DNA of 64,000 bases, taken from assembly GCA_963555825.3 (NCBI GenBank), contig CAUVXB020000001.1, positions 1,760,001 to 1,824,000 of the forward strand, written 5' to 3'. The notes under the pieces are model-generated. The model worked only from the letters and a program-made list of their open reading frames with translations, was not told the DNA's origin and ran no database searches. Numbering within the stretch: the first letter of the stretch is position 1; the number at the start of each line of letters is the position of its first letter. The position numbers were made by a program, and so were the translations under genes. Positions 54,841 to 64,000 of the stretch are shown piece after piece. Source of the stretch: Alphaproteobacteria bacterium (lineage in GTDB: Bacteria; Pseudomonadota; Alphaproteobacteria; JAAXGF01).

Positions 54841-56310
54841 CAGCCCGTTGACGAAGTCTTCCCTGGACGAAGTCGGCATGGTCTGATTCTCTGGTGTCCT
54901 GGCCTGAAGGGGGGTTCGCTGATGGCGATGGGACAGCAGAAGGATCGTCAGGGGGACTTGATGGTGAGCTGGTCGGAGATGCCGCGCTCGCCAGGTCATG
55001 TATTTTACGACCGCCTGCAGTTGGTACTGATCGAGGGCGGCTTCGACGGCTTCGCCGAGGCGGTCTGCCAGCCCTATTACGCGGCCAGGATGGGGGCGCC
55101 TTCGGTGCCACCCGGGCGCTACTTCCGTATGCACCTGGTGGGCTACTTCGAGGGTATCGACTCTGAGCGTGGGCTGGAGTGGCGGTGCTCGGATTCCCTG
55201 TCGCTACGGGAGTTCCTGCTGTTGGAGAGGCGGGGACGGGTGCCGGACCATTCCTGGCTGTCACGGACCCGCGCGCGCCTGCCCCATGAAGTCCACACGG
55301 CGGTGTTTGACTGGGTCCTGGCGCTGATCGCCGAGGCGGGTCTGGTGAAGGGCGAGCGCATCGGGGTGGATGCCTCGACCATGGAGGCCAACGCGGCGCT
55401 GCGCAACATCGTGCGGAGGGACACGGGCGAGGGTTACCGGGGGATGCTGGAGCGCTTGGCCCAGGAGAGCGGTATCGAGACACCCACGGCTGAGGACCTG
55501 GCGCGTCTGGACCGCAAGCGCAAGGGCAAGAAGCTCTCGAACCAGGACTGGGTTTCCAGGAGCGACCCCGAGGCCAAGATCGCCAAGATGAAGGACGGCA
55601 CCACGCACCTGGCCTACAAGCCCGAGCACGCGGTGGATCTGGACACCGGCGCGGTGGTGGCGGCGGAGCTGCACCCGGCCGACGAGGGCGATACGACAAC
55701 GCTTCCCAAGACCCTGGCGGCGGCCGAGGCAAACCTCGAGGCGGTGGATGTGGCGCCGACGGCCGAAGATCCGGCCGAATGTGTGACCGATAAGGGCTAC
55801 CACTCACGGTTGGTCTTGAAGGCGCTCGACGACGGCCCCTGGAAGAGCCGGATCTCCGAGCCCAAGCAGAAGGGTTTTGCGCGCTGGCACGGAGATGATG
55901 CGGCTCGCCGGGCGGTCACCAACAACCGGACCCGGCTGTTATCGGGGGTGGCCAGGGAAGCCTTCAAGCTGCGCGCCGAGATCGTCGAGCGCTCCTTTGC
56001 CCACAACCTCGATCGCGGCGGCATGCGCCGGACCTGGCTTCGGGGCCGCGAGAACGTGCACAAGCGATACCTGCTTCACGTCGCCGGCCACAACCTATCG
56101 TTGCTGATGCGCCAACTCATCGGCGCCGGCACCCCGAAGGAGGCCGTGGCGGGCGGAATTGGCGCCTTGTTCGTGCTTGTTACGCCCGCTGGAGCCGTCC
56201 TGGTCGTTCAGATCGTCCTCATCGTCTCGGAGGATGGCGAAACCGCCTTCGCCGCGATATGCTTCGCCGTGGCGTGAAACCCGGTCAATGACGCCTTTTT
56301 CAACGGGCTG
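54841..56310 (+). mobile_element. IS1182/IS5-superfamily element, complete
   Basis: IRs CAGCCCGTTGA / TCAACGGGCTG; 4-bp TSD CTAA. Confidence 0.88.
54922..56277 (+). CDS. IS1182-family transposase
   Basis: PDHSWLS, VDASTMEANA, DPEA, TDKGYH, VERSFAH. Confidence 0.82.
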   Translation: MAMGQQKDRQGDLMVSWSEMPRSPGHVFYDRLQLVLIEGGFDGFAEAVCQPYYAARMGAPSVPPGRYFRMHLVGYFEGIDSERGLEWRCSDSLSLREFLLLERRGRVPDHSWLSRTRARLPHEVHTAVFDWVLALIAEAGLVKGERIGVDASTMEANAALRNIVRRDTGEGYRGMLERLAQESGIETPTAEDLARLDRKRKGKKLSNQDWVSRSDPEAKIAKMKDGTTHLAYKPEHAVDLDTGAVVAAELHPADEGDTTTLPKTLAAAEANLEAVDVAPTAEDPAECVTDKGYHSRLVLKALDDGPWKSRISEPKQKGFARWHGDDAARRAVTNNRTRLLSGVAREAFKLRAEIVERSFAHNLDRGGMRRTWLRGRENVHKRYLLHVAGHNLSLLMRQLIGAGTPKEAVAGGIGALFVLVTPAGAVLVVQIVLIVSEDGETAFAAICFAVA

Positions 56311-58015
56311 CTAACTCGTTCCTCATGTTGTCGTCATCGACCGCCGTGAGGGTCACGACGCCCGTGCTCTCGGTCTCTCCCGCGGCGATCATCAGGACCG
56401 GATCGGCGCTCAGTTCCGCCGCGTCCGAATCCTCGCTGAGGGTCACCGTCACGTTGGCCGGCATCGGCCCCTGCAGCGAGCGCATGGTGATCGTGCTGAC
56501 CTCGCCCTCCGCTATCGTCGCCGGTGTCGCTCTCAGAGAGACCCGGACTCGCTCGTCGTCTTCCAGTATGGTCAGCGTCTGATTCGCGGGGTCGGCTACG
56601 CCGCCGCCGGTCACCGTCCCCGAGACCGTGACCACCCGTCTTCGGGTTCCGACACTAAACTGGTCGTCGACCGTTGCGATGGTGACCGTCCCCGTGCTCC
56701 TTGTTCCGCCCGACGGAATCGTCAGCACCGTATTGGCGCTCAGCACGTAGTCGTCCGTGCGGGTGTCGGCGTGACCAGGCGACGCGGACACCGTGATCGT
56801 CGCCTCGGCGCTCAGAGGGCCGCTCGCTACGGCAGTGACCGTGCTGGCCAGTCCTTCCCTGACCCGCGGCGGCGTGAACACGAGGGCCACCTCCGGAGAC
56901 ATATCGTCGTCGTACACGATCGTCAGTTGCAATGGTCCGGGCGTCCGGATGCTGCGCCCCTCGGTCACCGTCGCCGAAATCGCGATCGTCTGGTCCGGCT
57001 CGTCGTCAGCGTTGTCCACGGCTGTGATGGTCAGGGTCTCGGTGGCGTCGGTCGCTCCCGGCTGGAAGGTCAACGTGGTGCCGCTCAGCGTGGCCCGGTC
57101 GCTCGGCTCCAGCGATACCGTCATCTTCACCACGCCCTCGTGCAATGCGTACTTGAACGCGAGCAGCGTAGCTTCGCCGCCGTTCTCGAAGATCGTCGAC
57201 GGGGTGACACTCCACCCAGTGAGGGTGTTGTCGTCGTCGACAACGGCGAATGACTCGATGTCCGCACCCACGCGGGGATGGTCCGAAGTCAGCGTCGCGG
57301 TGAAGTAGCGGATGCCCGTGTAGGTGAAGTCGTCCAGGGAGGTGAACTCCACGGTCCCGGTGCTCTCCATCGTCCCGGCGGCAATCGTCAACGTCGTGTT
57401 GGCGCTCAGTTCGTACTCGTCGTCCCTGCCGCCATTCGGGGCTACTGTGACGGTGATGCTGACATCGTCGTCCAGGGGCATGGGGAGCCTCGCCCGGATC
57501 GGTTTGCTCGTGCCCTCGGTGACGGTCTTCTCGACCACAGCCTCCACCCGCATGGTTGTGGTGTCGGTCACAGTGACCGCCAGATCGGCGGACACCGTGC
57601 CGTAGTCGCCGCCCGTTGCGGTGTGGGTCAGGGTGGCGCTGTCGTGTGTCGCGTCCGAGTCCCGCGCCGCCAACACGGTCACCATCTGCGCCGTGTCCCA
57701 ATTCGACGTCGTGAACGTCAGACTCATCCTGCTCAGCGACAGGTCTGTGCCCGACGTCCCGCCTATCGACACCGTCACCTCCGCGGTGGGCAGCGTGGCG
57801 AGCTTCACCGTGTAGCTGGCGGAACCCGCCTCGGGCACGTCCAGGGAAGTCGGAGAGAGCACCAATGGCGATGGCTCCTCGGCCAGCGTGCTGAATGTGA
57901 GAACGGCAGAGCAATAATCCCCCACTGAAGCGGCCGGTCGATCCGGCTGCGGCGGACCAAAATGGGACCGCGTATAGCCTTCTGTCAGGGTTGCTCTGAC
58001 TGGAAGGCGGGGGGG

Positions 58016-59515
58016 ATGTATCGGGTGGAGTTGTACGCACGGGTTCGGCGGGCGTGTCATGTCGAGGGGATGAGCACCCGCGAGGCCTCGCGGGTGTTTG
58101 GTGTAGACCGCAAGACGGTCCGTAAGATGCTGTCGTTCTCGGTGCCGCCAGGGTATCGCCGAAGCGCGCCGCCGAGGCGGCCAAAGCTGGGTCCGTTCAC
58201 GGGAATCATCGATCGGATCTTGGAAGACGATCGGACCAGCCACCGCAAGCAACGGCACACTGCGAAGCGCATCTTCGACCGCCTCCGGGACGAGTACGGT
58301 TTCACGGGCGGCTACACCATCGTGAAGGACTACGTTCGTGAGCAGGGGCTTCGGTCGCGTGAGGTGTTCGTGCCACTCTCCCATTCCCCCGGTCACGCCC
58401 AGGCGGACTTCGGCGAAGCGATGGCGGTGATCGGCGGCGCGTTACGGAAGATCCACTTCCTTGCCTTCGACCTTCCCCACAGTGATGGTTGCTTTGTTGC
58501 GGCCTATCCGGCGGAGACGACCGAAGCATTCTGCGATGGCCACAACGCGGCGTTTGCCTTCTTCGGCGGCGTCCCCCGATCCATCCTGTACGACAACACC
58601 AAGCTGGCGGTTGCCCGGATCCTGGGCGATGGGAAGCGGCAGCGAACGCGCGTCTTCACGGAGCTTCAGTCCCACTATCTGTTCGAGGACAGGTTCGGCC
58701 GGCCGGGCAAGGGCAACGACAAGGGCAAGGTCGAGGGACTGGTCGGCTTCATCCGGCGGAACTTCCTGGTCCCCGTCCCGCGTGCCGAGAGCTTCGCGGC
58801 CCTCAACGATGCTCTCGCCGAACAGTGCCGCCGGCGCCAGGCGGCGCGGCTGCGGGGCCACAAGGAGACCATCGGCGAGCGTCTCGAGCGGGATCGTCAA
58901 GTTCTCTTGCCATTGCCGCCTGCTCCCTATGATGCCTGCGATAAGCGCCCTGGACGGGCGAGTTCGCTGTCGCTGGTGCGTTACCGCAGCAACGACTATT
59001 CCGTGCCCGTGGCCTACGGCCACCGTGAGGTGCTCATCCGGGGCTACGTCGATGAGGTGGTGATCAGCTGCGGGGCCGAGGTGATCGCCCGGCACCGCCG
59101 GTCCTACGACAGCGAGGACCTGATCTTCGACCCGCTGCATTACCTGCCCTTGATCGAGCAGAAGATCGGCGCCCTCGACCAGGCCGCGCCATTGGCGGGC
59201 TGGGACCTGCCCGAGGCCTTCATCACTCTGCGGCGGCTCCTCGAAGCTCGTATGGGCAAGGCAGGCAAGCGCGAGTACGTCCAGGTGCTCCGTCTACTGG
59301 AGACCTTCCGGCTCGAGGAGGTCGAGGGTGCGGTCGGCGACGCCCTGCGGCTCGGCGCAATCGGCTTTGATGCGGTGAAGCACCTGGTACTGTGCCGCAT
59401 CGAGCGGCGGCCGCCCAGGCTCAACCTCGACGTCTATCCGTATCTGCCGCGCGCCCGGGTCGCGATGACGTCCGCCAAGTCGTACATGAGCCTGCTGTCG
59501 GGGCTCGGCGCATGA
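58016..59515 (+). CDS. istA: IS21 transposase
   Basis: QADFGE, YDNTK, KGKVE, NDYSVP. Confidence 0.92.
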   Translation: MYRVELYARVRRACHVEGMSTREASRVFGVDRKTVRKMLSFSVPPGYRRSAPPRRPKLGPFTGIIDRILEDDRTSHRKQRHTAKRIFDRLRDEYGFTGGYTIVKDYVREQGLRSREVFVPLSHSPGHAQADFGEAMAVIGGALRKIHFLAFDLPHSDGCFVAAYPAETTEAFCDGHNAAFAFFGGVPRSILYDNTKLAVARILGDGKRQRTRVFTELQSHYLFEDRFGRPGKGNDKGKVEGLVGFIRRNFLVPVPRAESFAALNDALAEQCRRRQAARLRGHKETIGERLERDRQVLLPLPPAPYDACDKRPGRASSLSLVRYRSNDYSVPVAYGHREVLIRGYVDEVVISCGAEVIARHRRSYDSEDLIFDPLHYLPLIEQKIGALDQAAPLAGWDLPEAFITLRRLLEARMGKAGKREYVQVLRLLETFRLEEVEGAVGDALRLGAIGFDAVKHLVLCRIERRPPRLNLDVYPYLPRARVAMTSAKSYMSLLSGLGA

Positions 59516-60276
59516 CCGACACACCGCAAGTGCTGCTCGCCCACCACCTCAAGACGCTGAAGCTGCCGACCTTCCTGCGCGAGTACGACAAGATCGCCCG
59601 GCAGTGCGCCTCGGAAGGCGTCGATCACGTCCGCTACCTGTTGAGACTCGCCGAGCTCGAGCTGATCGACCGCGAGCGCCGCATGGTCGAGCGGCGCATC
59701 AAGGCGGCGCGCTTCCCCGTGGTCAAGAGCCTCGACAGCTTCGACTTCAAGGTCATCCCCTCGCTCAACAAGGCGCTGGTCCTGGAGCTGGCCCGCTGCG
59801 AGTACATCGAGCGCCGCGAGAACCTCATCGCGCTCGGCAACAGTGGGACCGGCAAGACCCACATCGCCCTCGGTCTCGGCCTGGCGGCCTGCCAGAAGGG
59901 CCTCTCGGTCGGCTTCATCACCGCCGCCGCGCTGGTCCACGAACTCATCGAGGCCCGCGATGACAAGCAGCTGCTGAGGTTCCAGAAGAAGCTCGCCACC
60001 TACAAGCTTCTGATCGTCGACGAACTCGGCTTCGTGCCGCTGTCGAAGACCGGCGCCGAGCTGTTGTTCGAGGTGTTCAGCCAACGCTACGAGCGGGGCT
60101 CGACCCTGGTCACCACCAATCTGCCCTTCGACGAATGGACCGAGGTGTTCGGCTCCGAGCGCCTCACCGGCGCGCTCCTCGATCGCCTCACCCACCACGT
60201 CAACATCCTCGAGATGAACGGTGACAGCTACAGGCTCAACCAGAGCCGCAGGCGTCAAACCCCGACTGCTAACTGA
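59512..60276 (+). CDS. istB: IS21 helper ATPase
   Basis: Walker A/B; ATGA overlap with istA. Confidence 0.93.
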   Translation: MTDTPQVLLAHHLKTLKLPTFLREYDKIARQCASEGVDHVRYLLRLAELELIDRERRMVERRIKAARFPVVKSLDSFDFKVIPSLNKALVLELARCEYIERRENLIALGNSGTGKTHIALGLGLAACQKGLSVGFITAAALVHELIEARDDKQLLRFQKKLATYKLLIVDELGFVPLSKTGAELLFEVFSQRYERGSTLVTTNLPFDEWTEVFGSERLTGALLDRLTHHVNILEMNGDSYRLNQSRRRQTPTAN

Positions 60277-60467
60277 ACCGACCACCCAGCCCACGCTTGA
60301 CCCCGTGGGCCCACAGGTCCCTCCCGCGCGCGCCGCCGCGTCAGCCTGTTGAGGGCACGCCGCGTCGCGCGCGGGGCCCTCCCGTGGACTACGGGGACAA
60401 GCCCGCAGCCGCCAAGCGGTCCCTTCTTACACCGCCGAGGTGGTCCCTTTTTGCTCCGCCATTGACA

Positions 60468-61139
60468 CGCGCTGTTGAGTTAGGACATCAAGTCGGCTGG
60501 GACGCATTTCATACTCATGGTGCGCGTCAGATTCAACTTCAAGAAACGCTGAAGCATCTGGTGATGCGCCTTAAACCCTTCTGGTCGCAGGTTTCGCATC
60601 TCGGACGCAAACGCGTCTTGCAGGTCTTATCTGGTGATCAGCGCCAATGTTTGGAATTTGCCGGGCTGCTGGCAACACCGCCATCGGATGGTGTTGTCAT
60701 CTGGTGGGATGAAATTAGCGCTTTTTCCCGCGCCGAAGAAGAACAACGGAACATAGAAATTGGTCGCGAGGGAGAGCGCCGGACAATGGCGCATGAGACA
60801 CAGCGTCTGGAAGACCAAGGTATACTAACATATCCGATTTGGATTGCGCTTGAAGACAACCGTGCCGGATATGATGTGCTCTCATTTCAGCAGACGAGAG
60901 GCGGAAACGTTGACGACCTGCGCATTGAAGTGAAAACCGCGTCCTATTCCCCCACCCATTTCATCCTGACGCGCCCTGAGTGGGATACGGCCTTACAACA
61001 ACCCGAGTTACACCTCTTCCATATCTGGAACCTTGAGACTAAAGAGCTTCTCAAGCTGTCCGTTTCCGACATGGCGGCCCATATGCCGTTGGATTCAGGT
61101 AAAGGACTTTGGCGTGAGGTGAGAGTGACGCTCGCCTAA
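60468..61139 (+). pseudogene. 5'-truncated DUF3883 (NO VEIN C-terminal) PD-(D/E)xK nuclease-like gene
   Basis: IGREGE, AGYDVLS, IEVKT, FILTRPEW; low GC; starts at the IS21 end. Confidence 0.75.
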
Positions 61140-61324
61140 TTCAAAGTTCCTGTTTCATTAAATTCTGAATACCATCCAGCAGTACCCGTGTTGGTTGGAG
61201 ATATTGCGCATTGTTGTTCGCCGCAGCTGAATTGTCGACCGTTAAAGGGCCGTTTTCAGTGCTGAGTTTTGTGATAGGTCGGCCAGTAGGTTTTGGACAA
61301 TTTTGCGCAAAAGACGCGTCAGCC

Positions 61325-63616
61325 TGAGAACGGCGGTGACAAATTAGTCCACGGAAGCGGCGGGATTTCCCAGCCGCGGGCGGAGTAAAACTCTGCCACC
61401 TGTAGCCTTCGATCTTTTTTGAGATGGAAGGCGGGAGGATGTACACCGTGGACCTATATCTGCGCGTTCGGCTGGCCTGCCATGTTGATGGTCTGAGCCA
61501 GCGAGAGGCGGCAAGTCGGTTTGGCATTGCGCGCGAGACGGTGAGGAAGATGCTGCGGCATTCGGAACCGCCGGGATATCGGCGACGCCAGCCACCGAAA
61601 CGCCCGAAACTGGCCCCCTTCACGGATATCATCGACCGTATTCTGGAGGAGGACCGACCGGTTCACCGTAAGCAGCACCACACGGCGAAGCGTATATTCG
61701 AGCGCCTTCGCGACGAACATGGCTTCACGGGCAAAGAGACCATCGTGAAGGATTACGTTCGGGAACGGCGCCTTCGTCGGCGTGAGATGTTTGTGCCGTT
61801 GTCACATCCTCCGGGCCATGCTCAAGCGGACTTTGGCGAGGCGGATGCGATCATCGCCGGCGTCAAGTATCGGGCGCATTTTTTCGTCATGACACTTCCC
61901 CACAGCGATGCCTGCTTCGTTGCGGCCTACCCGGCGGCGACGACGGAGGCCTGGCTGGACGGGCACAACAGAGCCTTTGTTTTTTTCGGCGGCGTTCCCC
62001 AATCGATTCTTTACGACAACGACAAGTGTCTGGTGTCGCGCATCTTGTCAGATGGCACGCGGCAACGAACGCGGGCGTTCAGCGGGCTGCAGTCCCATTA
62101 CCTCTTCGAGGACCGCTACGGCCGTCCCGGCAAGGGTAACGACAAAGGCAATGTGGAGGGGGTGGTCGGCTATGCCCGGCGGAACTTCATGACGCCGCTT
62201 CCCCGGTTCGCGAGCTGGGACGCCTTCAATGGCCACCTGGAAGAGCAATGCCGCAACCGGCAAGGCAACGTCCTGCGCGGCCACCGCGAGAGCATCGGCG
62301 AACGGTTTGTGCGTGACCGCGAAGCGTTGAAGAGGCCACTGCCGGCACCGTTCGACGCGTGCGACAAGCAGGGCACGCGGGTCAACTCGCTGTCCCTGGT
62401 GCGCTACCGGACGAATGACTATTCCGTGCCCGTCGCCTACGGCCATCAGGAAGTCTGGATCCGTGGCTATGTCCACGAGGTGGTTATCGGTTGCGGCGCC
62501 GGGATCATTGCCCGACACCCCCGTTCCTACGACCGGGAAGATATGGTCTTCGATCCGATCCACTACCTGCCTTTGCTGGAGCACAAGATCGGTGCCCTGG
62601 ATCAGGCCGCGCCGCTAGCCGGATGGGAACTGCCTGATGCCTTCCCAACCCTGCGCCGTCTCCTGGAGGCGCGCATGGGCAAGGCCGGCAAGCGGGAATA
62701 CGTCCAGGTCCTTCGGCTTCTGGAGACCTTCGATCTCGAGGTGCTTCACGGCGCGGTGAAGGACGCCCTGCGCCTGGGTGCGATCGGCTACGACGCCGTC
62801 AAACACCTTGTGCTGTGCCGTATCGAGCGACGCCCGCCCAAACTCGACCTGGATATCTATCCCTACCTGCCTCGGGCCAACGTGGCGACCACGGCCGCCG
62901 CCAGTTATATGAGCTTGTTGGGTGGAGGCGCGTCATGACCGATACGCCGCAAGTGTTGCTGGCCCATCACCTCAAGACCCTGAAACTGCCGACGTTCCTG
63001 CGCGAATACGACAAGCTGGCCCGCCAATGCGCCACCGAGGGCGCCGACCATGTGCGGTATCTTGTCCGTCTGACCGAGTTGGAACTGATCGACCGTGAGC
63101 GCCGCATGGTCGAGCGGCGGATCAGACAGGCCAGGTTCCCCGCCGTCAAAAGCCTCGACAGCTTCGACTTCAAGGCCATCGCATCGCTCAACAAGATGCT
63201 GGTTCTGGAGTTGGCGCGATGCGAATACGTCGAGCGTCGTGAGAATATCATCGCGCTCGGCAACAGCGGAACCGGCAAGACCCATATCGCCCTCGGTCTC
63301 GGTCTGGCGGCCTGCCAAAAGGGGCTCTCCGTCGGCTTCCTCACGGCCGCTGCCCTGGTTCATGAACTGATGGAGGCCAGGGATGAAAAACGCCTGTTGC
63401 GCCTGCAGAAGCAACTGGCAAAGTATCACCTTCTGATCATCGACGAACTCGGCTTCGTGCCGCTCTCGAAGACCGGCGCCGAGCTGCTGTTCGAAGTCTT
63501 CAGCCAGCGCTACGAGCGGGGCTCGATCCTGGTGACCTCCAACTTGCCGTTCGATGAGTGGACGGAGATATTCGGCTCGGAACGCCTGACCGGGGCTTTG
63601 CTGGACCGCCTCACCC
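61325..63616 (+). mobile_element. IS21-family element (second variant), istB interrupted by IS3
   Basis: Left end TGAGAACGGCGGTGACAAA; istB 62935-63616 cut at LDRLT. Confidence 0.88.
61424..62938 (+). CDS. istA: IS21 transposase
   Basis: 504 aa, same motif set as 58016-59515. Confidence 0.9.
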   Translation: MEGGRMYTVDLYLRVRLACHVDGLSQREAASRFGIARETVRKMLRHSEPPGYRRRQPPKRPKLAPFTDIIDRILEEDRPVHRKQHHTAKRIFERLRDEHGFTGKETIVKDYVRERRLRRREMFVPLSHPPGHAQADFGEADAIIAGVKYRAHFFVMTLPHSDACFVAAYPAATTEAWLDGHNRAFVFFGGVPQSILYDNDKCLVSRILSDGTRQRTRAFSGLQSHYLFEDRYGRPGKGNDKGNVEGVVGYARRNFMTPLPRFASWDAFNGHLEEQCRNRQGNVLRGHRESIGERFVRDREALKRPLPAPFDACDKQGTRVNSLSLVRYRTNDYSVPVAYGHQEVWIRGYVHEVVIGCGAGIIARHPRSYDREDMVFDPIHYLPLLEHKIGALDQAAPLAGWELPDAFPTLRRLLEARMGKAGKREYVQVLRLLETFDLEVLHGAVKDALRLGAIGYDAVKHLVLCRIERRPPKLDLDIYPYLPRANVATTAAASYMSLLGGGAS

Positions 63617-64000
63617 TGACCTGCCCCCCAAAACCTGGCCCAGGCGGAATGTTAGTCTTGGGCCGTTGGAGAGGAGGTCAAGATGCCACGGAAGCGACAT
63701 ACCGCGGAACAGATCATCAGCAAGCTGCGTGAGGCTGAAGTCGGCCTGGCGAGCGGTCACACGGTGCCCGAAGTGTGCCGGACCTTGGGCATCGCCGAGC
63801 AGACGTACTATCGGTGGCGCAAGGAGTACGGCGGCCTGAAGGTTGGGCAGGCCCGACGCTTCAAGGAGCTCGAGCGGGAGAACACACATCTCAGGCGAGC
63901 CGTCGCCGATCTGACGCTGGATAAACTGATCCTGAAGGAAGCCGCCGAGGGAAACTTCTAAGCCCCGAGCGTCGCCGGCGCTGTGTTGAGCATGTCTGCA
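63617..64000 (+). mobile_element. IS3-family (IS407-like) element, left part; orfA 63683-63961
   Basis: TGACCTGCCCCC left IR; MPRKRHTAEQII...AEGNF; runs off the window. Confidence 0.88.

Larger units (their letters stand above)
49037..57897 (-). pseudogene. Giant autotransporter adhesin (Calx-beta/Ig-like repeats, SRCR domain, C-terminal beta-barrel), fragmented
   Basis: YATSDGTA.AGSDY..LDD Calx-beta; repeated LTI.AG..STG.VT...DD units; barrel ending GLRVTARW; broken by a +1 frameshift near 50881, IS256, IS1182 and IS21. Confidence 0.85.
57898..60467 (+). mobile_element. IS21-family element, complete
   Basis: TG...CA ends, istA-istB; no TSD. Confidence 0.92.

Noticed and set aside
1-64000. 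CRISPR array, integron cassettes, retron/RT or TnpB systems
   Set aside because: No regularly spaced short repeats, attC-like arrays, RT or RuvC motifs seen; the long repeats I found are all IS copies

Overview
High-GC, alphaproteobacterial-looking DNA undergoing a massive IS expansion. By my boundary tally about 38 of 64 kb is IS-derived (IS256 x3 types, IS630 x3 types, IS21, IS3, IS1182-like, ISKra4-like, IS1380, IS1595, IS110/IS1111 and IS5 remnants), often nested and often with readable target-site duplications (TSDs). A 3'-half tRNA-Lys(CTT) at 41307-41352 looks like the right att site of a genomic island covering the left ~41 kb. The island carries recQ-topB, an orphan HigA-like HTH, a secreted non-specific endonuclease, a broken WYL regulator, SprT, a broken dinB, and a low-GC membrane protein + ImmA/IrrE + Beta-family operon. 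Right of the att site is an intact cluster: SAM methyltransferase, Liv-type permeases and binding protein, and a divergent acyl-CoA dehydrogenase. After that comes a shattered autotransporter adhesin (~2000 codons remain) with Calx-beta-like repeats and a eukaryote-like SRCR domain. The strongest sequence-level finding is an IS1182-like element inserted twice, in opposite relative orientations, at the same nucleotide of an IS256 left inverted repeat; an empty third copy of that IS256 is also present. Family assignments come from recalled motifs only; no searches were run.
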